From a virus, in IMG/VR virus record IMGVR_UViG_3300021181_000008, positions 14,970-78,969 of that record: a DNA stretch of 64,000 nucleotides; one strand, given 5' to 3'. Of this stretch, positions 25,455 through 36,800 are shown piece after piece. Both the position numbers and the translations under genes were made by a program. The notes beneath the pieces were generated by a model that was given only the letters and a program-made list of their open reading frames with translations, was not told the DNA's origin and ran no database searches. Position 1 is the first letter of the stretch. Each line of letters begins with the position of its first letter.

Positions 25455-26520
25455 CTTCTCCGTCGCCGACGTGCACAACGGCTGGTACAAGGCGTTCAAG
25501 AAGCTCGGCCACCAGGTGATGGTGTACAACACCAACGAGCGGCTCACGTTCTATGGCAACGCGCTGATGCCGACGAACGATCCCAAGCCCTGCTCGCACG
25601 GCCGGATCGAGACCAAGCAGGCAATGCCCGACCCGCTGCACGTCACCCAGCACGCCACGGCCGGCCTGATGGAGACCTGCTACCTGTTCTGGCCCGATGT
25701 CATCTTCTTCATCAGCGGGTTCTTCCAGAATGCGGCGACGCTCCAGGTGCTGCGAGAGCGCAACCACAAGATCGTTATGCTGCACACCGAGAGCCCGTAC
25801 CAGGATGACGAGCAGATGGTCCGCGGGCAGTTCGCCGACCTCAACCTGCTCAACGACCCGGCGAATATACAGGCGTGGCGCGACCTGGACATCCCGGTGA
25901 AGTACGCGCCGCATTCTTACGACCCGGACGTCCACTATCCGGATGCGCTCGGCCTCAAGAAGGAATCCGACTTCACGTTCATCGGCACGGCATTCAACTC
26001 GCGGCAGAAGTTCTTCCACGAAATGGACTTCACCGGCCTGGAGGTGTCCTTCGGCGGCAACGGCTGGGACCACGTGCTGCCCGAGTACGCCGACATCCTC
26101 AAGTTCCTCCGGCACGAGCCCGACACCTGCGTGGACAACTCCGAGACGGCGCGCATCTATCGCATCAGCAAGACCGGGATCAACTTCTACCGGCGCGAGG
26201 GCGAGGCCGAGCACGTCGGCGAGGGCTGGGCGATGGGACCGCGTGAAGTTGAAATGGCCGCCTGCGGCCTGTTCTTCCTGCGCGACTCGCGCCCCGAGTC
26301 CGACGAGGTGTTCGGCGGCAACCCGGCGCTTGGTATACCTGATGTGCTACCCACGTTCTCCGGCCCTGGTGACGCGGCCGAGAAGATCAAGTGGTGGGTG
26401 GCGCACGACGAGCTGCGGACGAAGTGGGCGGGCATGGCCCGCGACCGCATTTACGACCGCACGTTCAGCTCCTCGGCGCGCAACGCCTGCAAGTGGATGG
26501 AAGAGGCCGGAGTACTGTGA
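25420..26520 (+). CDS. GT-B glycosyltransferase (CgeB-like) inside the tail module
   Basis: ILLVHPG, TESPYQD, PHSYDPDVHYP, DFTFIGT, GINFYR, PREVEMAACG. Confidence 0.88.
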   Translation: MARILLVHPGPDFSVADVHNGWYKAFKKLGHQVMVYNTNERLTFYGNALMPTNDPKPCSHGRIETKQAMPDPLHVTQHATAGLMETCYLFWPDVIFFISGFFQNAATLQVLRERNHKIVMLHTESPYQDDEQMVRGQFADLNLLNDPANIQAWRDLDIPVKYAPHSYDPDVHYPDALGLKKESDFTFIGTAFNSRQKFFHEMDFTGLEVSFGGNGWDHVLPEYADILKFLRHEPDTCVDNSETARIYRISKTGINFYRREGEAEHVGEGWAMGPREVEMAACGLFFLRDSRPESDEVFGGNPALGIPDVLPTFSGPGDAAEKIKWWVAHDELRTKWAGMARDRIYDRTFSSSARNACKWMEEAGVL

Positions 26521-26819
26521 TCTGCCTGCCCTGCCGTAAGGCCGCCGTGATGTGGCGGGTCGGCGTGTGCACCACCGAGGGCTTTCCTCACTCGTCCGGT
26601 GAGCTGATCACCGAATGCGAGCGCGTTGTCCGCCATGAGATCGAGCAGGCGGGCGGGGTTGGCCAGCTTCTGGTCGCCGCCAAGGACGCTCACCAGAAGC
26701 AGGAAGTCAATCGGGGACTGCTCTACCACGTCACCCAGCTTCACGGGCCGGAGTACTGCCCCGGCTACACATGGTGTGATTGCCAGCATCATGTTCTGGA
26801 CAAGCCTCTTTCCCCTTGA
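26517..26819 (+). CDS. Small Cys/His Zn-binding protein
   Basis: MICLPCR...H...CPG..WCDCQH. Confidence 0.6.
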   Translation: MICLPCRKAAVMWRVGVCTTEGFPHSSGELITECERVVRHEIEQAGGVGQLLVAAKDAHQKQEVNRGLLYHVTQLHGPEYCPGYTWCDCQHHVLDKPLSP

Positions 26820-26847
26820 GGTAGCACTCCCTACACTGGGCATAGGA
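26816..26847 (+). promoter_or_regulatory. Late promoter box, copy 2
   Basis: 28/32 identical to 324-355. -10 TACACT at 26832-26837. Confidence 0.65.
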
Positions 26848-26885
26848 CCCCCGTCGTGGTCGTGCGCACAGTGCACGGAGCCGGC
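26842..26885 (+). ncRNA. Putative structured cis-regulatory RNA in the tail tube gene leader
   Basis: Homologous to 1712-1758. Inner stem CGTGCGC-ACA-GTGCACG. Confidence 0.55.
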
Positions 26886-26917
26886 ACAGGAACGAACCCC
26901 GGAAAGGGTGACTGTCC

Positions 26918-27376
26918 GTGTCGCGTATCCATGGCCGTAACGGCATGGTCTACCTCGCTGCAACCGGCCCTGGAGGTGGAGCTGCCTCTGGTACTGCGGT
27001 GGCGTCCCCGCTGGCGTTCGTTAGCGACTGGACCATCAACTTCACCGTCGCCAAGGTCGATGTGACCGCGCTCGGTGACACCAACCTCGTCTGGGTGGCG
27101 GGTCTTCCTGACGCGTCCGGCGACTTCACCGGCTTCTTCGACACCGCGACCGCGCAGACGTACACCGCGTCGGTTGACGGCCTGAGCCGAAACTTCTACC
27201 TGTACCCGTCGCTGCTTGGCGTGCAGGGTGCGTCTCCGGGCCAGTACTTCTTCGGAGCCATCCTCCCCGACTTCAGCACCGCTGGCGGCGTGGCCTCGGC
27301 CGTGACGTTCAAGAGCACGTGGAACGCGGCGACTCAGGTTGCCCGCTACCCGGCTGTCGGTATCGTCGGTACCTGA
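26918..27376 (+). CDS. Major tail (tube) protein
   Basis: WTINFT...VDVTALGD...VAGLPDASGDFTGFFD...FYLYP..YFFG...GGVASAVTF tube-family pattern. Has its own promoter and terminator and precedes the chaperones. Confidence 0.85.
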   Translation: MSRIHGRNGMVYLAATGPGGGAASGTAVASPLAFVSDWTINFTVAKVDVTALGDTNLVWVAGLPDASGDFTGFFDTATAQTYTASVDGLSRNFYLYPSLLGVQGASPGQYFFGAILPDFSTAGGVASAVTFKSTWNAATQVARYPAVGIVGT

Positions 27377-27383
27377 TCAATGG

Positions 27384-27418
27384 CGAAAGCCCCTCGATTG
27401 GTCGTCGAGGGGCTTTCG
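27384..27418 (+). terminator. Intrinsic terminator
   Basis: CGAAAGCCCCTCGA-TTGGTCG-TCGAGGGGCTTTCG, a 14-bp perfect stem. Confidence 0.85.
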
Positions 27419-27485
27419 TGCCGGTCATCTGGGCCGGCGGCGTCACCAACGAGCGCTAGCCTACCAGATGATCGGAGCATGACAA

Positions 27486-27911
27486 GTGGCTTCCACGGAA
27501 ACCCCCACCAAGCGTCAGCCTGCCGCGCGCAAGCCTCGCGTCAGCGAGTCCACCATGCAGCTCGCGGTGCAGGATCAGGACGCCCGCGTCCCCGAGGACG
27601 ATCGCGCTGTCGAGACCAACGACGGCACCAAGGCCCCGCTGTGCGGCAAGCTGTTCAAGGTGGACACCGAGCAGGGTCTCATGCCCCTCATGGAGTGGGC
27701 TGCCGCGAACGACTCGGCCGACCCGCAGAACGGCCCCCAGCTCGCCGCGCTGTTCTACATGCTCAAGGACATCGTGCACCCCGATGAGTGGGACGAGTTC
27801 CGCGTGCACGCCAAGGCGTCCAAGGCCAAGGGGCCGGACTTCCTGAAGTTCCAGGAGGCGGCGGCCGAGGTGATCGCGGCGGTCCCTACCGAGCAGCCAG
27901 AAACCTCCTGA
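27486..27911 (+). CDS. Tail assembly chaperone (G-like)
   Basis: Lies between tail tube and tape measure. Motif LFYMLKDIVHPDEWDEF. Confidence 0.75.
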   Translation: MASTETPTKRQPAARKPRVSESTMQLAVQDQDARVPEDDRAVETNDGTKAPLCGKLFKVDTEQGLMPLMEWAAANDSADPQNGPQLAALFYMLKDIVHPDEWDEFRVHAKASKAKGPDFLKFQEAAAEVIAAVPTEQPETS

Positions 27912-28306
27912 GGTGGCTCCTCGCTTATTACACCCTGATCGACGGGCGGCTCCTGCTGTCCCACGGCCGAGGGCTGCACACTTTCACACCGCGCGAAGCG
28001 GTGAACATGGCCATCGCCTGGCAGACCGACGAGTTCCGGGCCGAGGACCGCGAGTTCCGCTGGTCTGGGAACAAGAAGGAAGCCGACGATCCGGTTGAGA
28101 CCATCATCGAGCGCTGGCACGAGAAGATCGGGCTCAAGGTTGACCCGGCCGCGCAGGCGATGGAAGCGATGAAGGCGTTCTACAAGGCCACCGGCAAGGA
28201 GTGGGACGACACCCCCGTCACGGCCGACTGGCGTCAGAACGACGAGGAGATCCCAGGCAACTACATGGCCGGCCCGCGGGGCAAGCGCGGTGAGGGCGTC
28301 AAGTAG
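27884..28306 (+). CDS. Tail assembly chaperone extension (GT-like), probably by -1 frameshift
   Basis: Overlapping open -1 frame with no good start. Candidate shift site GGTCCCTACC at 27881-27890. Confidence 0.6.
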   Translation, partial: PYRAARNLLRWLLAYYTLIDGRLLLSHGRGLHTFTPREAVNMAIAWQTDEFRAEDREFRWSGNKKEADDPVETIIERWHEKIGLKVDPAAQAMEAMKAFYKATGKEWDDTPVTADWRQNDEEIPGNYMAGPRGKRGEGVK

Positions 28307-28358
28307 CTGGCACATGGCGTAGCACCCGAATAAGCTGTACGTAGACTGGAGGTGGGGC

Positions 28359-28730
28359 ATGGCCGTGCGCGTGGATATAGACGAGGCCGAGCTGGACGAC
28401 ATGCTTCACAGCCCGGACGGGCTCGTCGGGCACTACATCCAGGGGCTCGGGATCCAGGCTGCCGCGATTGCCCGCGCCATGGCTCCCCGCAAGGATCTCA
28501 AGAACATGTCGTGGAGCCCGGCTAAGTCCACGTCGTACCCCTCGATCGAATTTCCCGGCCTGACGCTGGTCAGCTCGATTAACGCCGCATTCGGCTACAA
28601 CAAGGCCGGCAATATGTACGGCGGGGTGAACGTGAACTACGGGCCGACGCTGTTCCTGACCAAGCCCGCCAAGCAGATCCATCACGAGTACGCGTTCATG
28701 ACTGAGGCTCTGTACGGAGTGGCCCTGTAA
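28359..28730 (+). CDS. HK97 gp10-like neck protein
   Basis: IDEAELDDML.SPDG.VG...AAAIARAMAP...SI...AFMTEAL. GGAGG RBS. Confidence 0.65.
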   Translation: MAVRVDIDEAELDDMLHSPDGLVGHYIQGLGIQAAAIARAMAPRKDLKNMSWSPAKSTSYPSIEFPGLTLVSSINAAFGYNKAGNMYGGVNVNYGPTLFLTKPAKQIHHEYAFMTEALYGVAL

Positions 28731-31700
28731 TGGCACGGCTACTCGGCGAAGCCTATATCGCGATCCTTCCCCAGACTGACCAGTTCGGGTCGCAACTGCG
28801 CGCTGCGGTAGACAAGGACGCCGCCGCCGTCCGGCCCGAGGTGAATGTCGGGGCGCAGCTCAACAAGGCCGACGTCGCCAAGATCGGCACGCAGCTCAAG
28901 GCGGTCAGCAAGGCCAACCCGATCAATGTCGGGGTCAACCTGGACAAGTCTTCGGCCGCCCGTATGGTGGCGCAGCTCGCGGCCTACACCAAGGCCCACA
29001 CAATCGACGTCGGCACGCGGCTGGACTCGGCCTCGCTCGGCAAGATGCAGACGCAGCTCCAGGCGTTCCTGTCCGGCAAGGATATGGAAGTGGGGCTCCA
29101 GCTCAATCCTGCCCAGCTCGCCAAGGTCCAGGGCACCTACGACGCGTTCGTCAAGGAACTGAACGCCGAGAAGGTCTCGCCCAACTGGAACATCCTGCCC
29201 GCACTCGGCAAGATGCAGATGCTCAAGACGGCCAACGCCTCGCTCGGGCAGTTCATCCAGGAACAGAACGCGCGCAACGATGTCAACCTGAACATCATGC
29301 CGGCGCTGGCCAAGATCGTCGCGCTCAAGGCCGCCGAGTCCACGCTGGACACCCACAACACGGGCACGATCGACCTCGCCAGCGGCGCTGGCCTTGCCAC
29401 GACCACGGCGGGCGTCAACAGCTTCATGCGCGCCCTGATGAACCTCTCCACAGTGGAGAGCGACAACGACACGATCACTACGCGGATGGGCCGCAGCTAC
29501 GGCATCTGGGGCGCGGCGATTTCCGCGCTGCAAGTTCACATCCCGCTGTTCGGCGGCGCGCTGAGCGCCCTGCACTTCCCCAACGTCATCGCGCAGGCGT
29601 CCGGCTGGCACATCCTGGCTGAGGCCGTCATCGAGACTGCCGCCGTGTGGGGTCCGGCCGCTATCGCCATGGGCATCTTCGCGGCGGCGAGCTTCCAGGA
29701 CGCCAAGCAGGTTGTCGCGCAGTGGAAGACCGTCCAGGCGGTCATGAGCGCCACTAACACGCCCATGGACGGGCTCACTACCGGCCTGACCAAGCTGTCG
29801 CAGGCGCTCAAGCCGGAGATCTGGGACGCTTTCGGCGCTGGCCTGACCGCGATCGAGACCAGCTCGGGCAAGCTGACCCCTGTGCTTCAGGGCATTGGAC
29901 ACCTGTTCGATGTGCTCGGCGCTCACATTGACCAGCTCGTTCAGGGCGGCGGAGGCGGCTTCGCGAAGTTCATTCAGGGCGGCGCGAACGACCTTCACGA
30001 GCTGGGCGAGGCGTTCGGGAACGTCGGCAAGATCCTCGCGATCTTCTTCGAGTCGGTGCCCGGCTACGCCACGATCCTGCTGCACCTCGGCACGGACATC
30101 CTGGGCGCTGCGGCCGACGTGCTCCAGTTCCTCCAGCCGCTCCTCAAGATCGGCCTTGCAGTTCACGGCGCGATCTTCTACCTCGGCCTCGCGTCCACCC
30201 TCTTCCTGACCTTCGGGCGCAACGCGCTGTCCGCAGGTGCCACCGTCGCTGAGACCGGCGCAAAGGTAGAGGGCAGCGGATCCAAGATCGCCATGCTCGG
30301 CACCGGCCTCGGCAACCTGGTCGGCGGCTTCGTCAACAGCGCCAAGTCAGCGGTCAACTGGGGCCGTGACCTCTCCAACGCGGGCGGCGCGATCTCGGAA
30401 GTCACCGGCAGCAGCCGGGTCGCGGGCATGGGCATCAAGCTCCTCGGCGACGCCGGGGCCGTGCTCGCTGACGTGCCGATTGCAGGCTGGGCAATCGCGG
30501 CGGCTGCGGCTATCGGCGTCGGGCTGTACTTCGCGCTGCGCTCGACCACCGACGCGATCCAGAAGATGGGTCAGGCTCTGGTCCAGTCGATCCAGAACTC
30601 CAACCCCAACACCATCTTCACGAACACCACCAACGCCGTCATCAAGACCGGCCAGGCGATCGAGAACCTGACCAACACCTACAACAAGCTGGCCAAGGCC
30701 GAGACGAGCGCGGCTGCGGTCGGGCCGTACACGCCGGTCAAGGGCGGCGGGGCTGTCGGGCCGTACGGCAGCGGCACCGGGGCGAACAAGGGCGCAGGAC
30801 CCAACAGCCAGCCGGTCTACCAGCCGTTCCCGGCGGCGGCGGTCCAGGAGTACGTCACCAACCTCCAGGACATCGCCAAGGCCGCCACCCCGGCCGCGCA
30901 GAACGAGCTGGCCGTGGCCAAGGCCGCCGGGGGCATGGGCAACGCGATCAGCGTGGCCACCGCGCTCGGCATCAAGTGGAACACGGTCAACACGGCGACG
31001 CCCAAGCAGCTCGCGGTGATCGTGCAGGAGATCGACAACTACACCAAGGCTATTGGCTTCATGAGCAATAGCCAGGGGCAGGCTGCCTCCAACATCGCCG
31101 CGATGAACTTCGCTGCCTCAAGCCAGCTCAAGAACGTCCAGGCCCTCAACAGCGCGTGGGGCACGTACATCAGCACCGTTGAGGGCGGCGAGGCCGCGTT
31201 CGTCCCGTTCGAGCAGGGCATCCAGACGTTCGCCAAGGACGCCAAGGTCGCGGGCGCTTCCATGACGGGCCTGAACGCCCAGAGCCTCACCCTGCGCGGC
31301 GACTTCCAGTCGGTGTTCAGCGGAGCCCAGGCACAGGTCAGCGCGCTTACCACCTACACCGCGGCCACGGGCGGCGCGACGCAGGCGCAGAAGAACCTGG
31401 CCAACCAGGGCATCAAGGCCGTTATCCAGCAGCTCGTCCCCATGGCGGGCGCGAACGAGTCGGCCCGGGCGGGCATCGTGGCGCTGGCCCAGCGTGCGGA
31501 CGGCTCGGTCAACACGTGGCAGAAGCTCACCAAGTGGCTTGGCAAGGGCGGTGCCGCCGGAGCCGCGCAGACTCTCCAGCACGTCAACGGCACGCTCGCC
31601 AGCTCGATCCAGAACGTCGTCTCGGTGGCCAACGCGCTGACCGGGGCCATGCAGGCTACTGCCATCGCCGCCCAGGACAAGCTGGTGTTCGCGCTCGACG

Positions 31701-33805
31701 GCGGCGCGCAGAAGATGACCGCGTTCGGGCACGCTCTGGCCTCCGCCAACGGGCAGCTCACCAAGGCCACGGTGCTCACGGGCACCCAGTACTACGACGC
31801 GCTCGTGCGCTCCGGCGTTGGCGCTGAGACCGCCCGGCAGATGACGCTGAGCATGGCGCACGCCCTCGGCATGAGCAGCCAGAACCTCAACGTACTGAAC
31901 GCCGACCTGATCGCCAACCAGAACAAGCTCGATGCTCAGGCTGCCGCCTCCAACCGCGCGGGCGCTGCGGCCAAGGCCGCCGCCTCGGCGTTCATGAGCT
32001 TCGCGACCGGCGCGCTGAAGATGACTTCCCAGCAGGTGACCACGCTGTGGAACAACATCAAGCAGCAGGATCTCGACATGGTGTCGGGCAAGGCCAACAA
32101 CTCCAAGGCCGCGTTCATCAACTTCGCCGAGAACGGCCTGCACCTCTCCACCACCAAGGCGCAGGAACTGTGGGGGATGCTGCGGCAGCAGGGCCTCGAC
32201 GTCCTCGCGAACAAGGCAACCACCACCAAGGGCCAGTTCGTCAACCTCGCCATGAACGGCCTGCACCTCACCAGCCAGCAGGCGAACGCCCTGTGGGGCG
32301 AGCTGCGTCTTCAGTACCTCGACACGATCGCCCAGAAGGGCGACGCGGCCAAGGCCAGCTTCATCAACCTCGCCAAGCAGGGCCTCGACCTCACCACCTC
32401 GCAGGCCAACACCCTGTGGAACACGCTGCGCAACCAGTACCTCGACACCCTGTCCTCCAAGGCGGGCGAGACCGAGAGCGCATTCGAGAAGACGGCCCGC
32501 CAGTTCGGGCTGAACAAGAGCGCGGCCGACGCTCTGTGGGGATCGCTGAAGAACCTGGCCGGCGGCTCGCCCTACAACGTGGCCGTGCAGGAACTCCTGT
32601 CCGGATCGGGCTCCATCTCGGCCAAGATCTCCGCTGCGGGCATCGTGCTCGGCGGTGGTGGTGGCGTGCTCACGCCCAAGGGTGCTAACCCCAAGACCAA
32701 CCCGGCCATCGGCATCTCCCAGGACATTCACGCTGCGGCCGGCGCATGGATCTCGGGCAACCACAGCAACACCGACTCCGTGCACGTCATGGCCAAGCCG
32801 GGTGAGCTGATCGTCCCGCCGCAGCACGCGGCGTCCGTGGCTAACCACATGGCCGCAGGCGGCTACAAGGTGCCGGGCTTCGCCTCGGGCGGCCTCATCG
32901 GAGAGCAGCCCATCATCTCGTCGGGCAACGTCAACGCGACCAAGGGCGTCGAGAACGACGTCGTTCAGTTCGCCCAGGCGGTCAACGCCCAGTTCTCGAA
33001 CGTCACCTCGTCTGCTCTCTCGGCAGCTCAGGCGTCGGCTGAGGGCGGACCCGATGGCGGACCGCTCGGGCCGGCCGGTGCTGGCGAGATGGCGAACGGC
33101 GCGGCGATCTTCAAGTACCTGGAGTCGTACGCCAAGATGACGCCGATCGCGGCGGCCGGAGCTATCGCCTCCATCTGGGGTGAGTCCACCTGGAACCCGA
33201 TGGCACAGGGCACAGGCGGTCGTGGTCTGATCGGCTGGACTCCGGCGGGCACGATTTCCAACGCGGCATTCCAGGGCGGCCTGTCCACCCAGCTCCCGAT
33301 GATCATCAAGTTCATCTCGACGTCGGGTGACTGGGGCGTCATCAGCGAGATGAACCGGGCGACCTCGGTTCTGGAGGCTGCGAACGAGTGGGGCAAGGGC
33401 GTCGAGCGCTACGGCATCAACGACGTGCACCCCGAGGGCCTCGCGCTGGCGACGTCCATTATGAACAGCAACGGCAAGGCCGCTCCCGCTCAGGCAGCAG
33501 CCAACGCCATCGGCAAGGCATCGCAGGTCAAGCCGTTCAGCGCGGGCGGCACGATCTCGGAGCCCGTCCTGGGATTCGGCGTCAACTCCGGCGTGCCGTA
33601 CAGCTTCGCCGAGAACGGCCCCGAGATGGTCAGCCCCGGACACAACACCGGAGGCGACAACTTCATGCAGCCGATGACGCAGGCGCAGGGACAGCAGCTT
33701 ATCGGACTGCTCCAGACGCTCGCCAACCAGGGACAGCAGCAGCCTTACAACCTCGCCAAGGCAATCAACGGCGGGGTGGGCGCTGGCATGCGATCGAAGC
33801 GGTGA
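28730..33805 (+). CDS. Tape measure protein with C-terminal tail-lysozyme domain
   Basis: 1691 aa, Ala-rich, starts LLGEAYIAILP, has 40-aa W-containing repeats. Lysozyme-like AAAGAIASIWGESTWNP...GRGLIGWT. Confidence 0.93.
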   Translation: MARLLGEAYIAILPQTDQFGSQLRAAVDKDAAAVRPEVNVGAQLNKADVAKIGTQLKAVSKANPINVGVNLDKSSAARMVAQLAAYTKAHTIDVGTRLDSASLGKMQTQLQAFLSGKDMEVGLQLNPAQLAKVQGTYDAFVKELNAEKVSPNWNILPALGKMQMLKTANASLGQFIQEQNARNDVNLNIMPALAKIVALKAAESTLDTHNTGTIDLASGAGLATTTAGVNSFMRALMNLSTVESDNDTITTRMGRSYGIWGAAISALQVHIPLFGGALSALHFPNVIAQASGWHILAEAVIETAAVWGPAAIAMGIFAAASFQDAKQVVAQWKTVQAVMSATNTPMDGLTTGLTKLSQALKPEIWDAFGAGLTAIETSSGKLTPVLQGIGHLFDVLGAHIDQLVQGGGGGFAKFIQGGANDLHELGEAFGNVGKILAIFFESVPGYATILLHLGTDILGAAADVLQFLQPLLKIGLAVHGAIFYLGLASTLFLTFGRNALSAGATVAETGAKVEGSGSKIAMLGTGLGNLVGGFVNSAKSAVNWGRDLSNAGGAISEVTGSSRVAGMGIKLLGDAGAVLADVPIAGWAIAAAAAIGVGLYFALRSTTDAIQKMGQALVQSIQNSNPNTIFTNTTNAVIKTGQAIENLTNTYNKLAKAETSAAAVGPYTPVKGGGAVGPYGSGTGANKGAGPNSQPVYQPFPAAAVQEYVTNLQDIAKAATPAAQNELAVAKAAGGMGNAISVATALGIKWNTVNTATPKQLAVIVQEIDNYTKAIGFMSNSQGQAASNIAAMNFAASSQLKNVQALNSAWGTYISTVEGGEAAFVPFEQGIQTFAKDAKVAGASMTGLNAQSLTLRGDFQSVFSGAQAQVSALTTYTAATGGATQAQKNLANQGIKAVIQQLVPMAGANESARAGIVALAQRADGSVNTWQKLTKWLGKGGAAGAAQTLQHVNGTLASSIQNVVSVANALTGAMQATAIAAQDKLVFALDGGAQKMTAFGHALASANGQLTKATVLTGTQYYDALVRSGVGAETARQMTLSMAHALGMSSQNLNVLNADLIANQNKLDAQAAASNRAGAAAKAAASAFMSFATGALKMTSQQVTTLWNNIKQQDLDMVSGKANNSKAAFINFAENGLHLSTTKAQELWGMLRQQGLDVLANKATTTKGQFVNLAMNGLHLTSQQANALWGELRLQYLDTIAQKGDAAKASFINLAKQGLDLTTSQANTLWNTLRNQYLDTLSSKAGETESAFEKTARQFGLNKSAADALWGSLKNLAGGSPYNVAVQELLSGSGSISAKISAAGIVLGGGGGVLTPKGANPKTNPAIGISQDIHAAAGAWISGNHSNTDSVHVMAKPGELIVPPQHAASVANHMAAGGYKVPGFASGGLIGEQPIISSGNVNATKGVENDVVQFAQAVNAQFSNVTSSALSAAQASAEGGPDGGPLGPAGAGEMANGAAIFKYLESYAKMTPIAAAGAIASIWGESTWNPMAQGTGGRGLIGWTPAGTISNAAFQGGLSTQLPMIIKFISTSGDWGVISEMNRATSVLEAANEWGKGVERYGINDVHPEGLALATSIMNSNGKAAPAQAAANAIGKASQVKPFSAGGTISEPVLGFGVNSGVPYSFAENGPEMVSPGHNTGGDNFMQPMTQAQGQQLIGLLQTLANQGQQQPYNLAKAINGGVGAGMRSKR
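31990..32550 (+). repeat. About five 120-bp (40-aa) repeats in the tape measure gene
   Basis: F.N.A.NGL.LT..QA..LW..LR.QYLD units. Confidence 0.75.
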
Positions 33806-33892
33806 CCTTTACCCATTCGGGCTGAGCTAGTAGGCTGCGCGTGAAGGGAGCGCCCAGTTCGCTGAGGTTGGCCCAGGCAGGCATTTGGAGGC

Positions 33893-36800
33893 TTGGTGGC
33901 AGCGTACTCGGGCACGGGTAATTACCCGTACTGGCTCAGCATTCAGGGCGATGGCGTCCATGCGAATCCTGGCATGCAGGGTGAGCAGATTCCCGTCACC
34001 GCTGGAGTTTCCTATACCGCGACGGCAGTTGCCGAGTTCCTCGCGCTGTTCAACGCTGGCATCAACCTCACCCTGACGTTCTTCTCGGCGACGAACACGC
34101 AGACCGGCACCGTCACCGCAAACTCGGGCTCGATGGCAGCCGGGGCGATGGTCACCTGGTCAACCGGGGCCACCGCAGCTCCGGCCTCTTCCGTCTACGC
34201 TGTCTGCACCGTCACCGCCGCCGGAACTCCGGCCGCCGCCAACACCTTCGCGGTCTTCCAGGCCCAGGTGATCGACCAGAACAACGTCTTCGTCAACTTC
34301 AACTACGCGTTCACCTACACCGCGTTCCCGTGGACGCCGACCAACACCACGAACACCGTCACCTGGCAGTACAGCCCGATCATCGCGCAGGACAGCGACT
34401 CGCTGGTGCTCAGCGACACGATCGAAGTCATGGGCGGCGTGCAGGGCGTGCCCTCCCAGATCCCGTTCCTGCTCGACTCCAACGGCGTCGGCCCCACCTA
34501 CCGCATCCTCGCGCCGCCGTCCATGAACTCCGCTGCGTTCGGCTACGAGGCATCGTACGACCTGAACGCGCCGCAGCCCACGCAGGACGTCGTGGCCTCC
34601 ATGCTGCTCGACGGGGAGCGCCCGTTCGGCTACCGCGCCAGCAACCGCACCATCAGCCTGCCCATCATCATCTTCGGCACGGTGGCCGGGGGCATGAACC
34701 AGGTGCTGGCCGCGCGTGAGTACCTGATGGCGCTCATCGACCAGCAGACGTGGCAGATCAAGTGGACCTCGGCCGACAGCGGCCTGCCCATGGTCTTCGA
34801 CTGCTTCCGCGCGCTCCCCAGCACCCCGCTGTACGGCTTCAACTACAGCCAGGGTGGCAGCGCGAGCAACTCAGCCATCGGCAAGGCCAACTACCCGATC
34901 GCGATGATCACGCTCACGATCCAGGCGCTCCCGTACGGGCGCAGCGACGTGGACGGCATCCAGGATCTGGCGTTCGCGGCTCCGCTGCTCAACAAGGCGA
35001 CGCCCGCTACCGCAGTGACGCTCGACAACTACACCGTGAACACCGGGGGCATCCGCCGCGTCGCCACCGGCACCGTGAACTCCGCTACCTCCCTCGCCAT
35101 CCCGCTCACCCTCGGCCCCGTGCCCAAGGGCGACGGAGTTGTGGTCGCGGTCACCGCCCCGAACGCCACGGGGCAGACGATTACCTGCGTGGACTCGCGG
35201 AACAACCCCTACACGCTGACCAAGACCGAGCAGAATGCCAGCGCCCCGGCCACCAGCCTGTGGGTCTTCACCTCCCCGGCCATCAAGAACGGCCTGACGC
35301 CCAGCGTTGACTCGTTCACGATCACGACGAACAACAGCCAGAACATGGCCGCGAACGTCATGGGAGTGAACGGCCTTGCCAGCGTGGACGTGGCCGGCAC
35401 CAACGGCACAACCGGCTCCAGCGCCTCGCCCGCAGTGTCCTCCAACAAGAGCGCCGAGTCCAGCACCTACTGCCTCGCCCTGTTCTCGAACAACAACACC
35501 AAGGTCGCGGGCACGCCCGCCGGATTCACCGCGTCGGTCGGTAACGCCATCAACGGCTCTGCGGAAGTGGCTGGCTTCTGGAATCTAGGCAACGGCACCA
35601 ACACCCAGACCGCCACGTCCTCGTACTCCGGCAGCTCGCCGTACGCAGCCTGCATGCTGGTGATGGCCATCGCGCCGGGCTCGACGTGGAACCTGGAGTC
35701 CCAGTACGCAGCCGTCGCCGGCACGTCCGCCGCGCACTACGCCACGCCAATCCCGATGCACATGCCGTGGCCGGCCGCCAACTACACCGGCCTGTTCGCC
35801 ACGCCCCAGTCGATCGTGGGCCTGAGCACCCTGTCCCTGTGGTTCGGGCAGGCGTACGACACGCAGTGGCCCAAGGACCCGAAGTTCATCTCGAACGTCA
35901 CCCTGTCGTGGGTTCTGACCGACACCAGCGGGCGCACGCTCAAGTTCAGCTCGACCACCAAGAGCGTCACGTACGGCACGACCCCCACGACGCCCAAGTG
36001 GACGCAGATCAACACCACGATCCCGCAGGGCAGCCAGAAGTTCAGCTACGACTCCGTGCTGAGCTACACCCTGTCCGTCTCGAACTGGTCGGGCTCCGGC
36101 GCTACCGGCTACGTGCGCATGCACTGCTGGCTTAACCAGCTCGTCGCCAACCCGCAGACGGTGGCCAACCAGATCTCTCCGCGGGGAACCGTCTACAACC
36201 TGTTCGGCCTGCCGGGCTCGGCCCGCGCTCCCATCAACGTGCAGTGCCAGCTCCCGGCCGCGCAGCAGATGGTGCAGGAGATCACCAGCCCGGCAACTGG
36301 CAACTGGGTCACGCCGCCGGGCGTCTACCAGGTGCAGGCAGAGTGCTTCGCGGGCGGCGGCGCGGGCGGGTCGGCCCTGTCCTACGACGGCTTCATCGCC
36401 CTGTACCAGCCGCTCGGGTGGTGGAAGCTGTCCGCGAGCGCCGGCGACTCGTCCTCCGGCAACCACCCCGGCACCGGCACGTCCGTCACCTTCAGCCAGG
36501 TGAACTCTGCCGTCGTGGGCAACGACTCGACGAGCTTCAACGGCACCTCGTCCGAGGTGAACATCCCCTTCCAGGTCTCCGGCCTCAAGCGGATGACCAT
36601 CTCGGGCTGGATCAACTGCAACAACGTCTCGGAGGGCGCGTTCGCGTCGCTCATCGCCAACGCCAACAGCGCGAGCGGTGACAACTCCGGCTGGAACATG
36701 TACATCAGCAGCACCGCGCCATACACTCTCACCGCAGCGGTCGGCAATGGCACCACGATCGGGTCGGCTAGCGCCGCGTCGGTCATCCCGGCCACCGGCT

